From a virus, in IMG/VR virus record IMGVR_UViG_3300025168_000049, positions 22,775-86,774 of that record: 64,000 bases of DNA, one strand, 5' to 3'. Each line of letters opens with the position of its first letter. The first letter of the stretch is position 1. Both the position numbers and the translations under genes were made by a program. The notes under the pieces were generated by a model. That model ran no database searches and was not told the origin of the DNA. It worked only from the letters and a program-made list of their open reading frames with translations. Below are positions 1-9,399 of this stretch, one piece after another.

Positions 1-1
1 T

Positions 2-277
2 GCCACAGATAACTTTAATTTAGAAAAATCTTTGAAAGAATTAGATATAAAAGATAAAGAGGTTAATATAAAAGATAGGGAAGTTAATGAGAAAGTTAGA
101 AGTAATAAGTCTGGAGAAGGGCAGAGTAAAACTGAAACTGATGCAAAACGTAAAGAAACTAAACAAACAGGAGCATTAAAAAATAGAGAGTTAGCACAAA
201 AAGCTGAAGAAACTAAGCAGAAAGCTCAAGAAGCTAAAGCTAAGATCAGTGAGTCTAAGAAATCCAAAGATAAATAA
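2..277 (+). CDS. C-terminal fragment of an upstream gene, probably the portal protein (5' truncated)
   Basis: The frame is open from position 2 (gcc aca gat aac...) into the tracked ORF, so TTG at 32 is probably not the real start. The sequence is a K/E-rich coiled-coil tail. Position before scaffold and MCP matches crAss-type order (synteny only). Confidence 0.55.
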   Translation, partial: ATDNFNLEKSLKELDIKDKEVNIKDREVNEKVRSNKSGEGQSKTETDAKRKETKQTGALKNRELAQKAEETKQKAQEAKAKISESKKSKDK

Positions 278-3006
278 TGAATAGTGAAGGAGCTTTAAGT
301 TCAGAAGAAGCATTAGCAATTATTAAGTCTTCAATGTCTGGAGAATTAGAAATTCCTGCGCACAAAGCTATAGAACAAACAGCTTTAAAACAACAGCAAG
401 AATTAGTTGCGCAACAAGAAGAACAAGAACAGTCTCAACAAGGTCCAATGCATCAGATGCCTGATGGTAGCATGATGCCAGGCGAAACTCATGGTGAAGC
501 CCCACCCCCAGCTTTAGGAAAACTAGTACCTACATATACGAAAACAGGAGATCTTGTTAATTCAGGGGATTCACTTACACAAGGATTTAGTAATGCAATT
601 GGGACTCAGCGTGGTAATATAATTGGACAACAAGGAGAATATGCTCACGGTGGTGAGCATGAAGCTCCAGAGTTAGATGATATTGATTCTATTACATATG
701 AGGATGGAGGAATTTCACCACAAAATCAAAAGACAGAGTCTGCTAAGATAGCACGTAATTATGTAAATGTTAAAGGACAGTTATATCCAAATGCAGTAGA
801 TGAAGATGGGTTAATAGAAGATAAATCTAAATTTCCAGATGATAAGGCTTTTTCTATGTATAAGGAAGCTGTTTTAGAAACAGAAGGAGAAAGATTAACA
901 GGATATTTACCTAATAATAAATTTTCAGGTGTAACTGTCGGCAGAGGTTTTGATATAGGACAGTTTAGTACAAGGCAGATTAAAACAATGTTTTCTGATG
1001 ATAAGGTTTTAATGCACAAGTTGCTTCCATATGCAAATAAAAAGAAACCTGAACTAGACAAATCAAACATAAATGGTAAAAAACTAAAGATATCATCATC
1101 AGAATCTGAAAAAATAAATGAAACTTTATTTAATCAACAATGGTCTTCTATAAAAAGTTATACAAACGGTAAAGGAGCTACTGAAGATAATGTTAAAACA
1201 TTAATGCAATTAAAACATTGGTCTGGAGCTTTAGGAAATACATCAGGAAATTTAGCTCCTAAAGGAGAAAATCATATTTGGAAAGAAATCCAAGATGGTG
1301 ACTTTGATACACAAGAGTTATATAATGCAGTTATGTTTACCCGTGAGGATTTAGGTGAAAAAACTAAAGAGAATGAATGGAAATATAATACATTAAAAAA
1401 ACATCATACTAATTTAGGTAAACAAATGAAAGAAGTGCATGGTGAAAATTGGGAAAGTGGATTAGCAGTAACACCGCCTCATCCAGGAGAGTTTCTGATG
1501 AATATGTATAAAATGCAATTAAAAAATGGAGTATTAGATAGGCGAATAGAGCATAAATATAAAAGGTGGTTACATGAAGACTGGGATAAAGATGGTGATG
1601 GAATTCCTTTTAGTATAGACAAAAATGATCATCAACATTTTGAAAGAAAATTTGCAGAAGGTGGGGTAAGAAAGTATCATAATGGAGGTGAAGGGCCAGG
1701 GCATCCTCATGAAGAGGAAGAAATAAAGCCTGACGGATATACAACTACCAAAAAGTATAATAGCGGCAGGGTTACAACACATTCAACTTTTAATGATGAA
1801 AGTAAAAGAAGTCAGGGATCCGGATATGTTAGTGCAATACCGACAGATTCAGAAAATTATATATTAAATGCAGGAATGCTTCCTGAAGTAAATATAAAAG
1901 AAAAAGATCCTAGAAGTTGGGTAAAGAGAAACTACCAAAAGTATATAGCTCCAATAGGACATGGAGTATTAGATGTTGTAGGTATGATACCTGCAGCTGG
2001 AGAATTAGCTGATGGTATTAATGCATTATGGTATACTGCAGAAGGTAATTATGAGGATGCAGCTTTGTCAAGTGCAGCTATGATTCCATTTGCAGGATGG
2101 GCAGCAACTGCAGGTAAATGGGGAAAGAATACTATTAGAGCCATGGATAAAGTAACACCTGGAGGAGGAGGAATGTATCAACAATTAAGATATTTACAAG
2201 ACGTAAATCCTAAACTCGCTGGAGAGTTAGGAATTAAAAATAAGAAGCAGATAAAAAAGATGCTTAAGAATGACCCTGCTGCGGCACAAAAAATAATTGA
2301 TGATGCAAATGCAGGAAAAGTATTTGATGGTGGTAAAAAGACAAAGTATGTAGAACCTACAGTTGATGACTTTGGTAAAAAAGTTAATACTGATGACTTG
2401 CGTAGTACGGGTGATGATATTATAGATAATAGACTACTTGATACGCAAATTGATCCTGACTTAACATTTAGAAAATCTGCTTTTGATAGAACACATCCTA
2501 ACAGAGGTGGACATACATTTAGCGATATAGCAGGAGAATATACTTGGTTAGATAACGCATCTAAAATTGATAATCATGTTATTGCACCATTTAATCCAAA
2601 GTTTAATAAAGCTGGAGATATGACTTCTTTTGATTTACAGAAACTTGATGATTATGTGCCTTTTAGTTCACATAAAATGGAATTCCCTAATCTAAATAAT
2701 ACCGGTTTTAAAAATGATTTAACTCATACAATGAAAAATTTACAAAATAACGGGTTCCATCATATGGATATGCATGGTGGTAATATACTAGTAAAATCAG
2801 ATAATTTTGGTAAGATACTAGATTATAAAATTATTGATCCAGTAGGATACACTCATGACTTCCAAAAGTCAGAAATGTTTTTAAGGAATAATCCAGAATT
2901 TCAAGATTGGGATGGAATACTTAAGAATAGAAGTAGAGTTAATGATGATATATTTAGAATCCAAAATGAGATGAAACATGGTGGACTAAGAAGAAAACGA
3001 AAATAA
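277..3006 (+). CDS. 909-aa modular effector-like virion protein: pesticin-type muramidase + pre-toxin TG + atypical (RIO/Kdo/Bud32-like) kinase
   Basis: Muramidase motif EGERLTGYLP..SGVTVGRGFDIGQ (~883-963). PT-TG motif GHGVLDVVGMIPAAGELADGINALWYTAEGNYEDAALSSAAMIP (~1954-2118). Kinase motifs HHMDMHGGNILV (2758-2793) and KIIDP. Overlaps the upstream stop (TAATG). Confidence 0.7.
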   Translation: MNSEGALSSEEALAIIKSSMSGELEIPAHKAIEQTALKQQQELVAQQEEQEQSQQGPMHQMPDGSMMPGETHGEAPPPALGKLVPTYTKTGDLVNSGDSLTQGFSNAIGTQRGNIIGQQGEYAHGGEHEAPELDDIDSITYEDGGISPQNQKTESAKIARNYVNVKGQLYPNAVDEDGLIEDKSKFPDDKAFSMYKEAVLETEGERLTGYLPNNKFSGVTVGRGFDIGQFSTRQIKTMFSDDKVLMHKLLPYANKKKPELDKSNINGKKLKISSSESEKINETLFNQQWSSIKSYTNGKGATEDNVKTLMQLKHWSGALGNTSGNLAPKGENHIWKEIQDGDFDTQELYNAVMFTREDLGEKTKENEWKYNTLKKHHTNLGKQMKEVHGENWESGLAVTPPHPGEFLMNMYKMQLKNGVLDRRIEHKYKRWLHEDWDKDGDGIPFSIDKNDHQHFERKFAEGGVRKYHNGGEGPGHPHEEEEIKPDGYTTTKKYNSGRVTTHSTFNDESKRSQGSGYVSAIPTDSENYILNAGMLPEVNIKEKDPRSWVKRNYQKYIAPIGHGVLDVVGMIPAAGELADGINALWYTAEGNYEDAALSSAAMIPFAGWAATAGKWGKNTIRAMDKVTPGGGGMYQQLRYLQDVNPKLAGELGIKNKKQIKKMLKNDPAAAQKIIDDANAGKVFDGGKKTKYVEPTVDDFGKKVNTDDLRSTGDDIIDNRLLDTQIDPDLTFRKSAFDRTHPNRGGHTFSDIAGEYTWLDNASKIDNHVIAPFNPKFNKAGDMTSFDLQKLDDYVPFSSHKMEFPNLNNTGFKNDLTHTMKNLQNNGFHHMDMHGGNILVKSDNFGKILDYKIIDPVGYTHDFQKSEMFLRNNPEFQDWDGILKNRSRVNDDIFRIQNEMKHGGLRRKRK

Positions 3007-3069
3007 GTGTTATATAATAATAGAAACCTTAAAACAACAGAAGAGTATAAAAAATATGAATATATTTCG

Positions 3070-3077
3070 TACTTTTG
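3070..3077 (+). promoter_or_regulatory. Bacteroidota sigma -7 promoter element (TAnnTTTG)
   Basis: TACTTTTG in the intergenic gap, 28 nt before the scaffold ATG. No clear -33 TTTG. Confidence 0.55.
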
Positions 3078-3105
3078 TAACCTAAACCAATAAATATATA
3101 TAGAC

Positions 3106-4227
3106 ATGAATGAACCAAATGAAAAAATCCAGCTGGATGACATCACCTTTGATGATGTTATTGGCGGTGACGGAGTCGAGACTGTAGACACTCCCAAAGA
3201 AGAATTAGAAGTAGTAGAAAATGAACTTGAGGAATTAGAATTAGAAGATCCTAAAGACGAAGATCTTGAGGATGATGATGAGTACGAGGATGAAGATGAA
3301 GATGACAATGATGAATATGAAGATGAGGAAGAAGATGAAGATGAATATGAATCAGAGTATGACGATAGTGATGACCCTGCTGAGCAACCAACTGTTATTA
3401 ATGAAATTTTAGACTCATTAGGATATGATGCTAATGATTCTTACGATGATACTGCAGAAGGTTTAACTAAGATGACTAAAGATATAGCATCTAAAATGGC
3501 AGACGATAGAATTGATGATGTGTTAGCATCTTTTCCTTTAGTAAAACAACATTTAGAATATGTTTTACATGGAGGAGAATCTAAGGAGTTTATGTCAGCA
3601 CATGATCCTGCAATAGATTATGGTGCATTTACAGTAGGAGAAGAAGATTCTAGAAGTCAACGAATGATTTTATCTAATTACTTAAAGTTAAAAGGGCATG
3701 ATAAAGAATTTTCTGACGAACTATTAGAAGATTATGAAGATAGTGGTAAATTATATCAGAAATCTTTAGCAGCGCAAAAGGCTTTAACAAGCTATCAAGA
3801 AAAAGAAAGAGAGCAAATGATTACGAATCAACGAGCTAGTCAAGAAAAAAGCAACCAAAGCCAAAGAGAATTCTGGAATGGTATTGCAGATAAGATAGAT
3901 GATTCTGATGAATTTGCTGGAGTTAGGTTAGCAGAGAGTGAGAAAAATGGTTTTTTTAATTACCTTTCTCAACCTGTTGATAAGAATGGAAGTACACAAA
4001 GAGATGTAGACCACCGTGATGCTGATATGGATGTTAAATTAGCTATTGATTATCTAATGTATAAAGGATTTGATTTAGAGAGTTTAGTAAACACAAGAGC
4101 TAAAACGGCAGGTGCTAGATCCCTGAGAGATAAGATATCTAGAAGTGAGGCTAGTGTTAAAAGTGCACGTAAAGCTTCACGAAGAAACAAGAAGTTCGAT
4201 ATAGATGATTTAGATCTTAGTATTTAA
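3106..4227 (+). CDS. Acidic capsid scaffolding-like protein
   Basis: Extremely D/E-rich N-terminus with a helical C-terminus, directly upstream of the MCP as in crAss-like phages. Confidence 0.7.
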   Translation: MNEPNEKIQLDDITFDDVIGGDGVETVDTPKEELEVVENELEELELEDPKDEDLEDDDEYEDEDEDDNDEYEDEEEDEDEYESEYDDSDDPAEQPTVINEILDSLGYDANDSYDDTAEGLTKMTKDIASKMADDRIDDVLASFPLVKQHLEYVLHGGESKEFMSAHDPAIDYGAFTVGEEDSRSQRMILSNYLKLKGHDKEFSDELLEDYEDSGKLYQKSLAAQKALTSYQEKEREQMITNQRASQEKSNQSQREFWNGIADKIDDSDEFAGVRLAESEKNGFFNYLSQPVDKNGSTQRDVDHRDADMDVKLAIDYLMYKGFDLESLVNTRAKTAGARSLRDKISRSEASVKSARKASRRNKKFDIDDLDLSI

Positions 4228-4311
4228 GAAGGCAATTTATACTTGCAATAGTATTTTTACTATAATTACCCCCTGAACTGGGAGATAGGGGCCCATTAAA
4301 ATTTTAATGAA

Positions 4312-5760
4312 ATGGCAATAAGCGGAACTAACATAAGCGTTCAGAAAGCCTACTATAATGACAGTCAAATGACTGACATGAATAGTTTGGCTAATGCACT
4401 CTTATCTAAACCAACCGAGTTGTCACCTATAATCACGCACCTTTCAGGAAAAGATGATAAACGTTTTCCTCTTTCGTTCTTAACAGAGGGGGTAGGAAAC
4501 GTAAAATCTATTGATAGATTGGAGTATGAATATAGAGTGAAAACTCACACTTTAAAAACAAGACCTGTAGCAGTAACAAATAGTGGTATTACTGCAAACA
4601 CAACTTTTGGAGGAACATTTGAACTGGTATTTCCAGACAAATGGTTTATCTTCCCATACGTATTGATTAATGCGGCGGGAGAACAGGCAAGAATCATGGC
4701 AGAACCAGTACAATCTGCTGGAGGACAATGGAAATACTCTATGCAATTAGTAGATCCATCACCAACATCTTCACTTTCTACTGGATTTACAAATGGAGAT
4801 CTTTGGGCTCAATTATATGCACCTGTAGGAGTAGACTTCTCTAGAGGGAATGCAGCTAACTGGGAAACTCCAGGGAAAGTAAGAAACAAAATTGGTACTG
4901 TTAGAAAATCTTACCACATGTCTGGGCATGCTAAAGACTTTGTGGCAGAATTTGCTCTACCTACTAAAGGTGGAAAAAGTACTAAACTTTGGATGGACTA
5001 CGAAGAATATAATCACATGTTAAACTTCAAAGAAGAGTGTGAAATGTTTTACTGGTACGGACAAAAAACTTACGATTCAAACGGTCAAAACGCTATGCGT
5101 GATGAAAATGGCCAACCTGTAATCGTAGGTCCTGGTCTTTTGGAACAAATCATCAATACGGATACATATTCTACGATGACTGAAACAAAGATCAAAAATA
5201 TTATTGGCGATTTATTCTATGGAATGACTGATGCTAATAAAAAGCAAGTTACCCTATATACGGGAACTGGAGGAGCGCGTGAATTTGATGAAGCTCTTAA
5301 AAATCACTTTTCTGGAACTGCAGGAGGATGGAAAGTTGGTGGAGAGAATAGATTCATCACAGGATCTGGAAGATCATTAGGTATGAGTGGTTACTTTACT
5401 TCGTATGAGCATGTAGATGGCCATACTGTAAATGTAGTTAAATTACCTTTATTTGATCACGGTCCAGTAGCACAAGCTCGTACAAAGCACCCTGTTACAG
5501 GTTATTCACTTGAGTCTTACAGAATGGTATTTGTTGATCAATCAAATTATGATGGTCAGGCAAACCTACAAATGATCTCTAAGAAAGGTCGTGAGATGAT
5601 GAGATGGTGTGTAGCTGGTTCAGTAGTACCTAGAGGATTTGATTCATCTTCTTCTAGAGCGTCTGATGTTGACGGTGCTAGCGTTCACATGTTAAAAACT
5701 GCAGGTATTGTATTAAGAAGATTTGATACTTCACTTGACATTACATGTATCGCTGAATAA
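4312..5760 (+). CDS. Major capsid protein (crAss-like, HK97 fold)
   Basis: 482 aa with segments typical of crAss MCPs (TDMNSLANAL, FPLSFLTEG, DENGQPVIVGPGLLEQI, YTGTGGAREFDEA, HPVTGYSLESYRMVF). Flanked by structured leader and trailer. Confidence 0.85.
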   Translation: MAISGTNISVQKAYYNDSQMTDMNSLANALLSKPTELSPIITHLSGKDDKRFPLSFLTEGVGNVKSIDRLEYEYRVKTHTLKTRPVAVTNSGITANTTFGGTFELVFPDKWFIFPYVLINAAGEQARIMAEPVQSAGGQWKYSMQLVDPSPTSSLSTGFTNGDLWAQLYAPVGVDFSRGNAANWETPGKVRNKIGTVRKSYHMSGHAKDFVAEFALPTKGGKSTKLWMDYEEYNHMLNFKEECEMFYWYGQKTYDSNGQNAMRDENGQPVIVGPGLLEQIINTDTYSTMTETKIKNIIGDLFYGMTDANKKQVTLYTGTGGAREFDEALKNHFSGTAGGWKVGGENRFITGSGRSLGMSGYFTSYEHVDGHTVNVVKLPLFDHGPVAQARTKHPVTGYSLESYRMVFVDQSNYDGQANLQMISKKGREMMRWCVAGSVVPRGFDSSSSRASDVDGASVHMLKTAGIVLRRFDTSLDITCIAE

Positions 5761-5796
5761 AGGAAGGCATTAATTTGCGTCTATATATATTGGTTT

Positions 5797-5840
5797 TTAA
5801 TTAAGGTTGTGGGGGAGCAATCCCTCACGGCTTTGATTAA
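5797..5840 (+). promoter_or_regulatory. 20-bp RNA hairpin with GCAA tetraloop after the MCP gene (stabiliser, processing site or attenuator)
   Basis: ttaattaaggttgtggggga-GCAA-tccctcacggctttgattaa pairs fully with 5 G-U pairs, implying a + strand RNA structure. There is no U-tract. Confidence 0.7.
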
Positions 5841-5901
5841 ATAATTATACGGAGAGTTATACTTTACATCCACTTAATTTAAACTTTAAAAGTACTATAT
5901 T

Positions 5902-6711
5902 ATGAGTAAGAAAATTTTTTTAAGAAGGAAAGAGGTAATGAACCATTTACCTAAAGAAGTACGCGCTGAAGCAACAGTAAAATTAAGCAGTGTGTATGTA
6001 AATCGCCAACCATTAAAAGCTTTTGATCCTAAAGAGGAAGCAAAATATTTAAATGGTATTTTAGATGTTGCACCCGATCATCAAGATTGGCCTAAACATT
6101 CTAAAACATACTGGGCAGAAATGTCTATCCCTGTAGGTTTTACAGGAGTAGAACTTGAAATTGGTACTGATGATGATGATAACCCATTGCAGATTATAGA
6201 TTTTATAAAATATAGGTTTGCAATTAAACATCCTCATGTAGCACTAACTAAAGAAGAAGCAGATGGAAACTCAATGAAACGTTTTTACATCTGGGATACT
6301 AAAAGAGATGATGTCGTTAAAAATAAGGACATACAATTAAAGAAAGATGCCTCTAGAGTATTTATTAAGTTGTCTGATGATTTAAAGTCAATGCGAAGAG
6401 TATTACGTATTATGTCTGATGTAAATCCGGACCTTTTAAGTAGAGAACAAGTAGAGAATGCTTTATATTCTTACATGGAGAAGACTCCAGCAAAATTTAT
6501 AAAGATTGCTACAGACTCAAACTTAGGAGTAAAAGCAGAAATAGAAGAAATGGTTTCTGCAGGAGTGTTACGAAAGATAGGTAATCAAATTATTTTCATT
6601 GATGAAGTAATTGGAGAAACTATGGAGAATGCAGTAGTTTATTTAAAAAACAAAAAGAACTCAGGAACATTAACTATTCTTAGAGCTAAATTGAAGGAAA
6701 TAGCGATTTAA
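5902..6711 (+). CDS. Conserved crAss-like protein following the MCP (assembly factor, function unknown)
   Basis: 269 aa. Position after the MCP and the motif DFIKYRFAIKHPHVA resemble the conserved crAss capsid-module gene. Confidence 0.6.
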   Translation: MSKKIFLRRKEVMNHLPKEVRAEATVKLSSVYVNRQPLKAFDPKEEAKYLNGILDVAPDHQDWPKHSKTYWAEMSIPVGFTGVELEIGTDDDDNPLQIIDFIKYRFAIKHPHVALTKEEADGNSMKRFYIWDTKRDDVVKNKDIQLKKDASRVFIKLSDDLKSMRRVLRIMSDVNPDLLSREQVENALYSYMEKTPAKFIKIATDSNLGVKAEIEEMVSAGVLRKIGNQIIFIDEVIGETMENAVVYLKNKKNSGTLTILRAKLKEIAI

Positions 6712-7860
6712 ATGAATATAACAAATATGCATATAGCAATTCAGCAAGGAGTGGATAAAATCAATTCACTCCAAGCTGATATGCTTTTACCTCAAGAGAT
6801 AGATATGGAAATTAATAAAGCTCAAATGAAATTTATTAATTCTAAATACGGTAAGAACAATGTTTATAGGAAAGGTTTTGAGATGAACCAAAAAAGAATT
6901 GATGATCTCAGAACATTAGTAACTGATCATGTTGGAAATTGTACTTATAAAGGACAAGTTTTACAAGGGATGAATCAGACTTTTCATGCAGACACTGTAC
7001 AATTACCTACTGATTATATGTATTTAGTTAGTCAGCAGTCTCATGTATGGTTAAATAATTGCTTAACAATGTCGTCCTATATGATTTATCCGGATCCATT
7101 ATATTATTTTAGAGTTAGCTTACAAGATTTTATATGTGATGAAGGTACTTATATTGTAGATGATATAAAATTATATCAAGATGCAGGAGATGGTACTAAT
7201 CTTAATATAGAAACATTATGGACTAATCCTGGTTATGTTATTAGTGTAGCCGGTGATATTGAAATAGCTAGAACATCCTTTAATGGAGTATCTACAGCAG
7301 CACAAACAACTTGGTGGGAAGAATATTCTCCATCTGCATTAGCACATCCAGGAGAATTTATTGTAGTAGTTAATCCTACAAATCTACCATGGACGTTTAA
7401 TGCTGATCCTGACGCAGGAGTTGTTACAACTTTAGTAGGACGTAATGGAAGTACACATGTATCTGCCGCAAGGCCATTAGTTTTAGGAACAAACTATGAT
7501 GAAAAAAGATACCCTGCAGCGTTTAGTAATCAGTTAGTAGTAAATAATACTTTTGTCCAGCACGATGATATATTTGCTATGTTACCTGATCCATTTAATA
7601 CGACTGCATATACAGACCCTCTTACAACAATGAGAGATAAATATTTAGATATATATACAGATGACACTTTTATAATAGACAAAGTTAATATTACGTATAT
7701 AAGAGAACCAGCAGAAATTTCACTACCTTTGCTGCAGAGCTGTGAGTTGCCAGAACATACACATCTAGAAATTGTAGATATGGCAATAAGTAGCATACTT
7801 GAGGGACTTAGTGACCCTCGTTATAAAACTCAACAATTAGAGTTGGGTAAGAATGAATAA
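6712..7860 (+). CDS. Tail ring / head-tail connector protein with an apparent central insertion
   Basis: GFEMNQKRIDDLRTLV, LPTDYMYLV, YIREPAEI and CELPEHTHLEIVDMAI resemble crAss ring proteins. Confidence 0.7.
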   Translation: MNITNMHIAIQQGVDKINSLQADMLLPQEIDMEINKAQMKFINSKYGKNNVYRKGFEMNQKRIDDLRTLVTDHVGNCTYKGQVLQGMNQTFHADTVQLPTDYMYLVSQQSHVWLNNCLTMSSYMIYPDPLYYFRVSLQDFICDEGTYIVDDIKLYQDAGDGTNLNIETLWTNPGYVISVAGDIEIARTSFNGVSTAAQTTWWEEYSPSALAHPGEFIVVVNPTNLPWTFNADPDAGVVTTLVGRNGSTHVSAARPLVLGTNYDEKRYPAAFSNQLVVNNTFVQHDDIFAMLPDPFNTTAYTDPLTTMRDKYLDIYTDDTFIIDKVNITYIREPAEISLPLLQSCELPEHTHLEIVDMAISSILEGLSDPRYKTQQLELGKNE

Positions 7861-7884
7861 TTATTAATATAAAAATTAGAAAAG

Positions 7885-8823
7885 ATGAGACAAGTTTTAA
7901 TCGGAGACGATGTGCTATCAACTGCCGCAGGAGGTGTAGAAGCACAAGTAATTAACCCTGCAACTGGACTAGCTATTCCAATGGCTGCTTCTATGGTTTA
8001 TGGAACAAATGGTACTGCTAATACACACCAATTTATAAGATTTATCAGACAAGGTGCTGCTGGTGTTGCTGATATAGTAACTCCATGGATTGATGGTGCA
8101 CATATCAATTATTATGATGGTGTATCAGGTACAATTGATGTTGCACAAGCAATGACATTAACGTATACTGCTGCAACTACTGCTGGAGATATTACTACAA
8201 AGTTAATTGATACTAGTTCTGGTACTGAGCCTTTCACAAGATATAGTTGTGAGGTTGCTTCTGGTGCTTCTGGTACTACAGCTGCTGCTAATACTGCTGC
8301 ACAAATGACTGCTGATATTACTTCAGGTAAGTTAAAAGGCGTAGCAACTGCTGCTAATGTTGGTGCTACTCTTACAGTAACAGGATTATTATACACTGGA
8401 TCAGGTGAAGCAAAAGTTGCACCTGCTAAGTTTGTAAGTGCTTTTGAAGACAGTGGTCTAACAGGAGTTACATGTACTGAAGCTGGTACACAATACGTAA
8501 AAAATTCAGGAGCTGGGAATTATATCCTAGATCTAGAAAAAGAAGTACAAGGAATGAGCTACGGATACTACAATAGAATCTCAATGCCTAATGTTCCAGA
8601 TACTTTTGCTGCTGTGGGTACAATTTATGATGTATACACATTAACATGGGGTAACACTTCAGCTGGACAAATAAGAGGGGTAGATAATTTAAGAGACCTT
8701 AAAATTTGTACACCTGCTGGAGCTGGTACTTGGGCACAAACTGCTGGATTTGAAGCTTTCCTTGACAATTGGTTAGCAACAGTTCCTGCACTTAATTACA
8801 CTGCTGGACAAGTAGCATTATAA
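7885..8823 (+). CDS. Auxiliary capsid / decoration-like structural protein
   Basis: A/G/T-rich beta protein. G.G..ILDLEK...G..YG and YDVYTL motifs plus position match the crAss auxiliary capsid gene. Followed by a terminator. Confidence 0.55.
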   Translation: MRQVLIGDDVLSTAAGGVEAQVINPATGLAIPMAASMVYGTNGTANTHQFIRFIRQGAAGVADIVTPWIDGAHINYYDGVSGTIDVAQAMTLTYTAATTAGDITTKLIDTSSGTEPFTRYSCEVASGASGTTAAANTAAQMTADITSGKLKGVATAANVGATLTVTGLLYTGSGEAKVAPAKFVSAFEDSGLTGVTCTEAGTQYVKNSGAGNYILDLEKEVQGMSYGYYNRISMPNVPDTFAAVGTIYDVYTLTWGNTSAGQIRGVDNLRDLKICTPAGAGTWAQTAGFEAFLDNWLATVPALNYTAGQVAL

Positions 8824-8839
8824 TAGTATTACTAATAAC

Positions 8840-8875
8840 GGTTATGAGGGGGTCAAACCCTTCATAACCTTTTTT
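8840..8875 (+). terminator. Rho-independent terminator
   Basis: ggttatgagggggt-caa-acccttcataacc followed by a T run. Confidence 0.85.
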
Positions 8876-8889
8876 AAAAAATTTAATAT

Positions 8890-9390
8890 ATGTCAATAAT
8901 ATCAACTGTAGCTGACGATTGCGCTTATGTGCAAACGGATATAACTATGGTCTCTGTAAATGCAGGTCAAATTCAAGTCATTGATTATTCAGGAACTTTT
9001 GTGCAAAGTAATACAGCGCATACTCCTTCAGGAATCAGTGTTACAGATACTAAATATGTAACTTTGCCTGGGAATGGCGTTTATACAGTACAATTTTATG
9101 ATACAGTCACAAGTACAGTTACTGCATCCTCTTCAATAGTTGTAGCCTGTGATATAGATTGCTGTATTGCCAAACAAGTAAATGAATTAATTGATTGTGC
9201 ATGTGAATGCCACAGATGTTCTAAAGCTCTTGCTAAGGCACAAGAAGTATATTTACTTTTATACTCTGCTAAAACAGCAGCCGGTAAGGTAGATATCTCA
9301 ACAGCAGCTGGAGGTTATCAACAGGACGCTTACAACAAATATAAAAAAGCAAAAGAATTGTGTGATCTGACATGTGGGTGTAACTGTTAA
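8890..9390 (+). CDS. Cys-rich structural protein (tail hub-like)
   Basis: Ig-like N-terminal half. C-terminal half has CDIDCC, CACECHRC and terminal CDLTCGCNC. Confidence 0.45.
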   Translation: MSIISTVADDCAYVQTDITMVSVNAGQIQVIDYSGTFVQSNTAHTPSGISVTDTKYVTLPGNGVYTVQFYDTVTSTVTASSSIVVACDIDCCIAKQVNELIDCACECHRCSKALAKAQEVYLLLYSAKTAAGKVDISTAAGGYQQDAYNKYKKAKELCDLTCGCNC

Positions 9391-9399
9391 AAGTAAATT

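Noticed and set aside
3250-3375. GAT/GAA-rich repeat-like DNA
   Set aside because: Simply encodes the D/E tract of the scaffold protein.
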